Assembly (NCBI GenBank): GCA_021613535.1
Contig: CP075492.1
Location: 15,562,001 to 15,626,000 of the forward strand
Source of the DNA: Adineta vaga
Lineage: Eukaryota > Animalia > Rotifera
Direction of reading: 5' to 3'
Length of the DNA stretch: 64,000 nt
The translations under genes and the position numbers were made by a program. Below, one piece after another: positions 1 to 10,873 of the stretch (the first letter of the stretch is position 1; each line of letters starts with the position of its first letter). The notes under the pieces were generated by a model. The model was not told where the DNA came from, did not search any database, and saw only the letters and a list, made by a program, of their open reading frames with translations.

Positions 1-2374
1 ATCAATTTTACGAAATTCCTCTTCAATATCTTTCGAACGATTACGAATTAATGTTTTCAAAACTTCACAAAGCTAAAAGAATGAATTTTGAAAAAAAAAA
101 AGATAGTTTAGAAAGAAAACTTACTTCATCAATCGATCTTGTTCTTTCTCGTTCAGTGAAAATATTCGATTTTTCTCGTTGAGTTAATTCTTTTGGATTC
201 AATTTTTCTCGAACATTTGTTGAAACCATAAATTCATATTTAGGATTTCTAAAAATTCAATTTCTATTTAATCAAAGATAAAAATATACAAATACTTTGA
301 TTGACGTTGTTTTCCTTCTTGTAAATGTGATGCTCTTTCCAAGATTTGTTTCAAATAATCTCGATATTTAACGCGTCCATATTCATCTATCGGAATCTTT
401 TTTAATAATTGATGATATTCATCAGGTTTCAATGTATATTCAATCAAATCTTCGATAATTGATCGTACAGTATTCACAGTAACAAATCCACTTAGGCAAC
501 TATCAGCACGAATCAATAGATCTTCAACTCGTTCATAATTCATCGCAAGAGTCGTATCAATTTGTCGTTCTAATGCTGCTTGACGAGTTTCATCAATCAG
601 ACTAAAAGATAAAGAGATGGGAAGATTTTATATCTCTATTCAAATCGAAAAACAAAATACATTGGATTATCCGCATTAATTCGTTTCTTTGTTGGGTCAG
701 TTTTTTGTTTGAATGTATTGATTACTTCTTGATATGGTATTCCATCATTAGTTAATGCTAAATCAACATTTAATCGTTTTAAAAAATATTCTAATAATGG
801 AGTTTCCATATTTAAACCAAATCGTTTCAATTGCTCGAGAAATCGTTCACGTGGTAACTAAAATACATGAAATTTATCTATGTTTTAAAATCCAATCAAA
901 TTCTGTTTACACTGCCGGTTTGTTTTGTATCTAAACGTTCAAGTGCATGTTCAAGTTCAGAAAAACCATGTGGAAATTTAAGATTTAACCATTGTTGTAC
1001 TTGACTTTCATCCAAAACGCCACGTGTTGCTAAAGAAAACAAGAATTCGATTGAAATAATTGAAAAAAGAGATGGAGTTTTTTTTTACAATGAAGTCGAG
1101 GTGTTTTTAATTCAGAATCACGGTGAGTTGTTTGTACATGAGGAGAGTATGGCTTTTGTACAATGGCTTCTCGATGTGATTTTGTTCCTTCTTCAATTGA
1201 TTCATTGGATAAAAGTTTTAAAAATTTGTCGGAATTAAGTGCTTTGAATTCTTCGGTATCAAATCTTTATTGAAGAGAAAAACATGAGAATTTAAATAGG
1301 AAAGATTTTCAAACCCTACTTATCCCATAATTTATCGAATTCTGAATCTTTCATTCGATAACCCATGTCTTCAAGTGCATCATGAAAGTGAACTTTAAAG
1401 ATTCGTGTCGGTGTTCCACCACCTAATGCTGGACAAAGATTCATTAAATCTTTATCTCTAGTTTTCAAAAATAAAGTTTCTTCTTTTTCAATTGAAAATA
1501 AAATTTTTACTTTGTTCGAACTTTTTCTTTTAAAATTAAAAACATTTGTGCCGCTGTTTTTTTCGATGATTTTTCTTGTCTTGATGACATTTGTCGTGAG
1601 ATCCAATTCGGGAGATCTTCATCACCATTTGATAATGCTTGAACGAATTCATCAAAACTATTTACATATGAAAAGAATACAATAAATCAATTCAATTCTT
1701 TCAAACCTTATTTTAGTGGATTGTTTAAGTTGAAGTCGTTCTAATAGTTTATCAATTTGATGGGGTGAAACTTGTTTTTGTGTTCCATAAATTGTTGCAA
1801 TCAAATGTTGTAAAGCTGGACGATCAATTTTTCCACTGGGATCATTTTGAGCAGCATGACGAAATTTGGCACGAACATCATGAAGTTGTACACGAATTTT
1901 TTCTCTTAGTGCAGCTTCAAGTTCATCAATAGCAAGACGAGATGTTTCGCCTTTTTTTGAAGAAGCAATAGATGATGTTGTACTTTCTGGTCGACGACCT
2001 TTAAAAGAAAAGTTTTTGAAAAAACAAATACTTTTGTTGTTAGTTTTCTTCTTACCAAAAACAGGTAAACGAACTTTATTTCGATCTTCACCAAAGACTG
2101 TAGAAATATTTTCAGGAACATCATCAATATAATCTAATTTCAATGTTGATGATCTTCCTTGATGACGTGGTGATCGTGGCGTTGAAAGATCAGTTCGAAT
2201 TAATTTTCCATCACCTTGCCCATCTCTCGATTTTCCACGAACATCTAATACTGTTCTATAACTATCGATCATTCGTTTCGATGGATGTTCTATTTTTGGT
2301 AAAATCATCTTTTTATTTGGTGATGATTGCCTATGATCATAACCAATAAGAGGTCTTGGTGAAGCTACAGACAT
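1..2374 (-). CDS. EFCAB6: Multi-exon EF-hand calcium-binding domain protein 6-like gene (5' part; runs off the left edge)
   Basis: ORF fragments 268-543, 636-830, 1316-1606 and 1658-2395 are separated by short GT-AG introns. They contain EF-hand-like segments (FHDALEDMGYRMKDSEFDKLWDK|FDT, IPIDEYGRVKYRDYL, DPSGKIDRPALQHLI). Likely ATG at 2374 (MSVASPRP). Orthology is recognised from recalled architecture only. Confidence 0.65.
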
Positions 2375-2416
2375 TCTTCTCTTCAATAAAAGCACAACAA
2401 CGACTGATTTATTGTT

Positions 2417-2430
2417 GTTGCTATTGAAAC
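2417..2430. promoter_or_regulatory. Possible X-box (RFX site) upstream of the ciliary-type EF-hand gene
   Basis: GTTGCTATTGAAAC lies ~45 nt upstream of the ATG and resembles GTTNCC-N2-GGNAAC. The match is imperfect. Confidence 0.3.
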
Positions 2431-3543
2431 TGAAAAGTTGTGTTTGTTACACAAAACTACTGTAAGTAAATAGAAAAAAACGACATTTTGCTTTTCTCTC
2501 TCTCCTTCTCTCGTCGATAAACAGATAGAAAACTTAAAATAATCGATCATTTTGTAAAAGAAATGTTTACCATCGCTTTTAAGAACAAACATTTTAACAC
2601 ATCAAGTAACAGAAGAAGAAAAAAAGAGAGAGAGAGAAAGAAAAGAAAAGAAAATTTAAATAGAATGAATTGAAGTATATCTCAATCTTGATTTTTACCT
2701 ATGAGAGCAAATCATACAATTAATCCTTTGTCATATGTTCTTGAAATATATCAAAATTCTCTTCTAAATGATTATTATTGTTTTTTCCAGTCAACTCGTT
2801 CTATGAAATGATTAGAACGATGTAACGTGGATGAAGATCGATATGACAAAGCTAATTAATTCTATTAATATTGAGAATACTGTATCATTTTTTGTATAAT
2901 CTAAACACGGAACTTTTATTGAATCTTTCAATAATTAATCAACACTTTGTGAGAGCATTTTGGCATGAATTTCCAAACAGAGAGAATATTTTATTTCTGT
3001 TTACGTATATCTTTTACCATTGATGTCAAATGTTTCCTATATTTTTTTCTTAGATCAATGTTAGTTTAAAGATCACATGATCATCGATTTTTTAGTCAAC
3101 TCTTTTTACAATATGTAAATTTTTCGTCTGAAAAACAAGAACGTTAATTTATTGATGGAAATAATCCTTTATTGCGTCTACTTACATGGATTTTTTGAAT
3201 AGAAGATAGCGATATCCAATCGCCAATGATTGATTAAACTAACTGATGCATGTTCCATGTGTTTGCCGATAATTATTACGACATGAAATGGAAATCAAAG
3301 ACATTCATATTTGGAATATGATTTCAAATTAACCATTTCCAAAAATTAATTCACAATTTTTCTGCTTTTTTTCAAACCTTAGATTTAATTGAAATAAGTC
3401 AAAGTACTCCATGGTAGATCTGTTGTTCAAACTCATCCTCACCCACTCTTCTTAACAAAAAGTCGCCATCATCATCATCATCATATTTTATTATTTTATT
3501 ATTTTCGCATTGTGTCAATGCTCGAAACAAAGTTCTTCAATTT

Positions 3544-3849
3544 TTATTTACCAAGTCCACCTGGAACACAGATCGGCTTGTTTGAACCACTCCATGTTCC
3601 TGAACACTGACATTGATAGGCCTGAACACTTTTTCCGTTACATGTTGTTGTGCCTACTTGAACGCAACTTCCTGTTGCCGCATTCCTACAACCTTGACAA
3701 TATGATGGACAGCTTTGCCAAAGAATACCGGTTGCAGGAGAAGACCAACGTGTACACCGACTCCATGTTTCATAACAATCCCAGGCTTCTGAAATACCCG
3801 AAAATGAGACCACTAATAACAATGTCAAAGAATACCACGTAGTTTTCAT
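3544..3849 (-). CDS. Macin-family antimicrobial peptide (theromacin/hydramacin/neuromacin-like)
   Basis: Signal peptide, then DCYETWSRCTRWSSPATGILWQSC..C..C, ending YQCQC. The mature region has 10 Cys, the theromacin-type count. Intronless. Confidence 0.9.
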   Translation of the reverse strand: MKTTWYSLTLLLVVSFSGISEAWDCYETWSRCTRWSSPATGILWQSCPSYCQGCRNAATGSCVQVGTTTCNGKSVQAYQCQCSGTWSGSNKPICVPGGLGK

Positions 3850-4434
3850 TATAATGAACGTACCACCGATAAAATTTTATTCGTTGTTTACCGTTTCGAA
3901 TGAATATATATATATATATATATATTCAGTCTTTAATCGAACTTTATTCAGCAAAAATAAAACTAGTCATCCATAATACAAATGCGCACTTCGTTTTAAC
4001 TCAAGAGCAAAAAAATGCAAATATGTCTTTTGAAGTGCTATTATGGTTTGATTTAAGAATAGTTAATTATACATGCCGTTCCACTGATTCATGATCGAAT
4101 TGCATATAAAGATATGCACTTATACATTCCGTCATTTCCTGTTACCAGTGATGTTTTAACTATTGAAAGGTACTTGATTTTAAATTAAAAAATGAATAAC
4201 ACTTTATTAGTCTTAAGAATATGGATGAACAGCAGCAACAATATACTTTCTACATGTTCACATGAATGCTCAGATCTCCGTGTAAGGAGAAACATTTCTG
4301 ATTTGTGTTTTTACATTTATTATAATATAAGTCTCGTTTTCAAGATGTTCTTAAGATAAAAGTTTATTTTATAATCGATGATGTCATTCCATAGAGATGT
4401 TCACGACTGTCTACAATGAATGACTTTTGCTCAC

Positions 4435-7400
4435 TTGATTCTATTTTAGAGCATCACTCATTTTGTTGCCCCAGATATAGAGACTCGTAATTTTCTAGAA
4501 TCAAAGAAAAGAAAGAAGATATAACAGCTAATCAGTAAACGTCGCTCACTTGATTGATTTTTAGAACATCAAGCAGATAGCACGCTCCATTATCACCGAT
4601 TTCATTAGTGTCAAGATTCAGTACAGTGATAGTCTAAAAGAAATAAAAATAGCTACCATAGAATACATCAGTGGAGATGTGTTGTCTCACTTTATTGATC
4701 TTCAGAGCATCACCAAGATGGCGTGCACCTTCATCACCGATCTGATTGCACCCGAGGTTTAGTGTGTTGACTGTCTATGATGAATATAAGAAGCTACCAT
4801 ACACGATCCATTACTACAGATCTTTTCTCACTTGATTGGTCTTCAGTGCATCACTAAGATGACGTGCGCCTACAGTACCAAACTGGTTTTTGCGAAGATG
4901 TAATTCAGTAATAGTCTATGATTAATGATAGCGTTTTCGATGCGATAGATGATCACTGATTCTGCCTCACCTGATTGCTTTTCAAGGCATCACTGAGATA
5001 ACGCGCTTCTTCAGCACCGATCTCGTTTCGTTGCAGATGTAGTATCATGAGTGTCTATGACACATAAGAATTTATGAATATCCTATAACTGCGAACTGCT
5101 CCTCTCTCACTTTGTTGATCTTCAGAGCATCACTGAGACTGCACATTCCTTCATTATGAATCTGATTGCACCATAGCTCCAATCGAGTGATTGTCTGTGA
5201 TATATAAGAACGTTAGAAATATGAAAAATAACTGCTGATGTTATCTCACTTGATTGGTTTTGAGAGTTTCACTAAGAAAACATATTCCTTCATCACCGAT
5301 CTGGTTGTCTCCAATATGTAACGTGCTAATAGTCTATTATGAATCAGATCAATGAAACTATAACAGATTAGTAGTGAAGTTGGCTCACTCGATTGGTCTT
5401 GAGAGCTTCACTGAGAGCATACAATCCTTTCGTGTCAATTTTATTACTGTCAAGAATTAGTGTTGTAATAGTCTATGATGAATAAAAACCTTGTAGATAT
5501 GATAGACGAGCATAGATATGATCTGACTTGATTGATTTGAAGAGCATCACTAAGATCATGTATTCCTTTATGACTGATCTGATTTCTCGCAAGGTTCAGT
5601 ATCTTGATTGTCTATGAAGAATGAAGACAATGAAGATATGATACCTATGTATTGTATTTCGCTCACATAATTAATTCTGAGAGCGTTTGCCAGATAACTT
5701 GCTCCTTCGTCACCAATGTGGTTGTGTTGAAGATGTAGAGTAGCAATAGTCTATTGTGAACAAGGAACGTTGAATATGTAATCAATGTGTAAAGATCTTA
5801 TTTCACTTGATTGTTCTTGAGAGCATCACAAAGATGGCGCGTACCGTCGTCTTCAATTCCATTACGTTCAAGATGCAAAATAGTGATAGCCTATCATGAA
5901 TGAGAACGTTGAATGTCCAATCAATGCGCAGAAATCTTATCTTACTTGATTGTTCTTGAGAGCATCACCAAGACAACGCGCACCATCGGAACCAATATGG
6001 TCTTTCTGAAGATTCAATGTAGTAGTTGCCTATGATAAATCCAAATCTCGTATATTCACTAAACGTGCAGAGATCTTATCATACTTGTTTGATCCTAAAG
6101 ACAATAAGAAGACGACTTTGTTGCTCATGGTTAATGGAGTTATTTCGACAATCCATATTGATGAGTGTCTATGACAGATGCGAATGATGTCAGTATGATA
6201 GATGAGCAGAAAACGTGCCTCACATGATTCGTCCTTAGAGCATCTTCTAGGTGACTTCCTCCTTCATTGCCGATCTGGTTGAATCGAAGATTCAATGTTG
6301 TGATAGTCTATGAAGAAGGAAAATATTATGGATGTGGCATATGACTGGAGTAGGTTTTTTACATGATTAGTTTTTATGGTATCTGCAAGGTGACGTGCTC
6401 CTTCAACACCGATTTGGTTATTACTAAGATCTATGTTGGTGATTGTCTATAACAAGTAAAACTCTCGTAGAAATAATAGATGAGTAGAGATGCTGTCTCA
6501 CGTGATTAACTTTTAGGGCATCAGCAAGGCGACGTGTACCTTCATCGCTGATCTTGTTCCTCGCAAGATTCAGAATGCTGATGATCTATGGTAAATGAAG
6601 GTTTTGTAGATACAATAGATGAATAGAATACGTGTCTCACATGATTTGTCTTTAGAATATCAGCAAGATGATGTGCTCCGTCACTACCGATTTGATTATC
6701 ACTAAGATATATGTTGGTGATAGTCTATAACAAATAAAACTCTCGTAGATAGAATTTAATAGATGAGCACGGTTCTTATCTTACTTGATTGCTCATCAAT
6801 AAATTAGCAAGATGGTGGACAATTTTATCGTTGATCTGTCTGGACGAAAGAGACAATATCGTGGTAGCCTATGATGAATTAGAGTTTTGTTATTATACGA
6901 TGAGTGTGTATTTTGCTTTACATTATTGATCTGCAAAGCAATATAGAGACGAATATCTCCTTCATTGCTAATGGAATTAAAGTTCCAATTCAGATCAGTG
7001 ATTGTCTATAGAATATCAGAACAATGAATGTAGGAAAGATGAATACAGCTATGGTATCACATGGTTGATATTTAGAGTATCAGCAAGATGATACGCCCCT
7101 TTGTCACCAATCTTGTTATTTTGCAGATGCAGTTTAGTGAGAGTCTATCATAAAAGAGCACGCTATAAATATGATAGATAAACAAAGATACTATCTCACA
7201 TAATTGGTCTTTAAAGCATCAGCAAGATGATACATTCCTTCATCCCCGATCTGGTTATGTTCGAGATTTAATGCGATGATTGTCTGTGGTAAATGGGAAT
7301 ATGATAAATATGACAGTTGCATAGAATACGCGTCTCACATAATTGGTCTTTAGAACGTCAGCTAGATGTTGCGCTCCTTCATCACCAATGTAATTGCGTT

Positions 7401-7617
7401 GAAAACTCAATGTAGTGACAGTCTATGATGAATAAAAAGCTGGTGAATATGTTAGATGAACAGAGATCCTGTCTCACATGATTGGTCTTAAGAGCAGCAC
7501 TGATACGACGTGCTCTTTCGTGATTGATCAGACTGAATCCAAGATACAATGTAGTGATAGTCTATTATAAATTTAAATACCGATGATATTTTATCGAAGT
7601 TTGAGATGATGCACTAC
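4435..7617. repeat. Degenerate tandem repeat, ~139-bp period (84-nt exon + ~55-nt intron unit)
   Basis: Recurring motifs ctcac-ttgattggtcttcagagcatc, ccttcatcaccgatctg and gtgatagt-ctatga, at 137-144 bp spacing (mostly 139). Confidence 0.95.
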
Positions 7618-7701
7618 CTTGTTACGATGTAAGGAATGAAAAACACGGTTGACATCAACGATACCCTTTTTGTATAGGGATAAGGAGAAATCATTAAAAC
7701 T
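4435..7701 (-). CDS. Hidden multi-exon LRR gene: 22 intact 84-nt exons, each one 28-aa RI/NLRC3-like LRR, plus a divergent 84-nt leading exon and a truncated terminal exon
   Basis: Exons (+ coords): 7618-7701 (divergent), 7478-7561, 7339-7422, 7200-7283, 7061-7144, 6922-7005, 6785-6868, 6641-6724, 6502-6585, 6363-6446, 6224-6307, 6085-6168, 5946-6029, 5807-5890, 5667-5750, 5528-5611, 5389-5472, 5250-5333, 5111-5194, 4971-5054, 4832-4915, 4691-4774, 4550-4633, then 4435-4494 (60 nt, in-frame stop). Each is flanked by YAG and GT (mostly GTGAG/GTAAG) on the minus strand and translates without stops, e.g. TVNTLNLGCNQIGDEGARHLGDALKINK, TIIALNLEHNQIGDEGMYHLADALKTNY. The start codon is not resolved. 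Confidence 0.93.
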
Positions 7702-8099
7702 CTAAATTAAAGTTAATAGATTGAAAATTGTTCGCAAAATTTTCCTGACTTGTTCGTTCAGTTCATTTCGTTACTTTGATACGGTTTAGTTTTGGGGACA
7801 GGGAGAGGATTAATCATTTTACTTGGCTTTCGTCAACGATGCTCTATATAGAAATGCTGCAAGTTATAGATTCACGGACTTATAATACGGTCTTTGTAAG
7901 TGTTATAGACTCATCCTATATATCTGTACTGTAGCAAATCATTCCGTCATATTTTATTAGAATGTTCTGTTTTAGCTAGTACCAAATCTCTGTTCTACAC
8001 TTTCAAATGAGATCGATCTACAGTATCCGCTTCTCTTATTGTGAAACGTATGATACTGAAAACTGTAATGATCCTATGTTCTGTTCACAGAAACAGGTG

Positions 8100-9870
8100 C
8101 ATAATACTACCCACGGAAAAAAATTTCAACCAATACCGCGGTTTATGAAGGTTTCTAGGTTGAAGGCTCGAAATCGTTGTTGTACACCGCAAAAGTCAGA
8201 CCTTTATTAGGTTTTTAAAAACCACTACAAAGAGCGATATTCTAAAACCGCGGTTCTTACCGATTTTCAAAAGAAAACAAATTCATCGTGGTGGTAAATT
8301 ATTTCTGTCATCTGTCCTTTTATCCTTGACTTTCCATATTAACCACTAGTCTACGCGCAATATCGACCCGTTGATCCCACACCGCGGTTAACTCTTCTAA
8401 TACCACTATCTATTTTAGATTCAACTGATTCATGTTCGATTTGAACCATTTACCGTGCGATTGTCATTCACTAATTTCATTGAACCATCTGGCCATGTTT
8501 ATACTAGTATTAAATATGATAGTCTATCTGATTAGTAATGAAAAACCTTTTCATATCTAAATATACATATCATATACAGATAAAATCTTAATAACTTCTT
8601 GAATATCTCTTCTGACAACGGTATTTATAGTATACTTTGTATAGGATCTATTAGATTGTATTTATTCTTTATAGTTATGACCATTGATATATAAACACAC
8701 TTTATTCTTGTAAAATTATACCTGGTGAGAGGTAGAGATTGATCAGAATTTGTAGATATTTAACCGCGATTTTGTGCGATGCGATATTGAAACGTTTAAC
8801 TTTCGAGTAGAGTATTGCATTTTAGTAAATAGATGTGAATCTCAAAACTAAAACACATGTAACTTATTAAAAAAGTGAAAACGTCGCGATTTTATCGATT
8901 AACAAAACTAGTTTATGCATATTTCTATATCTGATAATGGACAAATTCCTGAATATTATCAGAAGTAGTCATCTGAATTAATTGTGACGAAGGTATTTGA
9001 TATGTTCACATTGTCTAAAATCTGCTAAATCCTTAAAGGTATAGTTGACGTTTATCAACATTTATTGTCGATTTGGTTTATTTTCTCTTTAGCTTCAACC
9101 TCTCAAATTATAATTGTTCTAATTTAAATTACAGTATATACTGTCATAAAAAAATCGAAAAATGAATTTGAATATTACCGTTATTTGGCATTTTATAAAA
9201 ACATTCTGTTTTTATTTCAAAATCACACGTTTCTACACTGTAAAACAGTGGGGAATAACCAACGATAAAAGCGTTTGTGATGGTCTCATAAACGTAGAAA
9301 AAGATTTATGAATTTTCAATGTGCAAAGAACTCCGTTTTTATTGTACTTGACGAAGATATAAATCCTTTTGGATTTATGAAGCACTTCTAGTAAAAGAAA
9401 AGAGGTTTATCATATGTTGCGAATCATCAAATCGTTATTTTTTACAACGTAGTTTTTTCCAACTTTCCATATTGTAGAATGATGGTAAATTTAGTTTTAG
9501 TCGATGAGAAAATGTTTTTATACCATACTGTGACTGTTAAGTAGTAAGTTTTAGTGATATAACCTTATTAGAAAAATAACGTTAGAAAATTCAGTCATAC
9601 TTTGAAAATAAATTGATTCAAATAATGATACTTTTCAAGACAATGCACAGATCGCGGTTTCTAATAGGAATTTCGCGAATAAAAATATCGTAAAAGATGA
9701 AGGTTTTATAATATCATAACTAGTTACCAGCATACCGTATTCTTTTGAAATCGCGGTTTTATTCAAGTATACCGCGGTGCGTCTTAATGGCGGTGTAACA
9801 TACCGTGGTTAACTACGTTGTTTACTACCCATTGCGGTCTTCAAGACAGTTTGTGATTACTACCCTAAAC
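8100..9870. mobile_element. Possible degraded DNA-transposon ends with (A)CCGCGG/TCGCGG subterminal motifs
   Basis: About ten ACCGCGG-like GC-rich motifs cluster near 8135-8390, 8760-8890 and 9650-9840 in otherwise very AT-rich DNA. No transposase ORF or clear TSD seen. Confidence 0.3.
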
Positions 9871-10696
9871 TTTGCTTTTCCAGATTGACTAAGGTAAACT
9901 GTCTGCCATAATTTAGTAAATATTTATTTGAATAATCATTATTGAGTTAAATAGAAAAGTTCTACGCTATGTAAGTTGTATCTCCAATTATGAGTAAAAT
10001 AGTAATCTTGCTCATCCAAAGTTAATTTCTTTGTTCAAAGTGGACATTGTTTGATTGCTAATATTTTGTTTCGGTTAGCCACAATGAACGAGCATTGTGA
10101 ATGGAGATATTAAATAAATGGAAACGGTGTTAAAATACAGGCTAACTATGATGGCTACTTCTATGAAGGGAAAAGTACTCATGTCTCAAATCGGAAACAC
10201 TCCTCATGAAAGCATTAAAAATTTTTTCGGAATAATTCAAAAGTCTAGGTAGACACGTTAATGAGGATCAGGATGTTTAACTAAATTCCTGAACTGTACA
10301 GAATTTTCTACCATTCATGTGCCTGTTTTTACCTAAAATAACTGAGCTGAGATAGTGAATCATTATCATTGTCCAAATGCAATTATCTGTGCAATTACCA
10401 ATTACTTGACTAGCTTTTTTTTACTATGAGATAAAATAGACTTTGACATGACCATCACTATCTTTCATTCGTGCAACAGCGAGCAGATCGTGACCTAATA
10501 AAAACAGTGAAACTGTGGACAAACCAACAGATAAGCGATTATTTTCGAGATGAAGATCCTGACTACAGCGAAGGAAATATAATGATTTGTCCAAGAGGAT
10601 GACTCCACAATATAAACAGAAACATTATCCTAGAAAGGTAATCAGAGTGGCTCAATTCACAATCCATTTTCTGACCATAAAAGACAGAAAAACGGA

Positions 10697-10873
10697 TCAA
10701 ATAATGATCAATACGAAAGATATAAATATGGAAAATGTGTGTATTATTTTATTGAATCGTATGCAAACATCTTGAATCGAAATAAGAATGTCGAAAGGAG
10801 TTAAATGATCCAAGATGCGATACATGAGTTCAACGGGTAAAATGTGAAATGATGGTTTAATGTTGCCAGCCAT
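10697..10873 (-). CDS. F-box domain exon (possible N-terminus of the LRR array gene, or a truncated remnant)
   Basis: MAGNIKPSFHILPVELMYRILDHLTPFDILISIQDVCIRFNKII matches the F-box consensus (LPxEL..IL.HL...D.....VC.RF). It runs into non-domain sequence and a stop, with no strong donor at the domain end. Confidence 0.75.
   Translation of the reverse strand: MAGNIKPSFHILPVELMYRILDHLTPFDILISIQDVCIRFNKIIHTFSIFISFVLIII

Noticed and set aside
3510-3842. 110-aa plus-strand ORF
   Set aside because: Antisense shadow of the macin gene.
4435-7617. CRISPR-like array, snoRNA/miRNA cluster or plain satellite
   Set aside because: The conserved blocks are splice sites and LRR scaffold codons on the minus strand. 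Every unit translates to a 28-aa LRR, and there are no identical repeats with unique spacers and no cas genes.
10480-10570. DLHLENNRL LRR-like peptide on the minus strand near the F-box
   Set aside because: Not bounded by the 84-nt exon splice pattern and the flanks do not fit the LRR consensus; likely chance.
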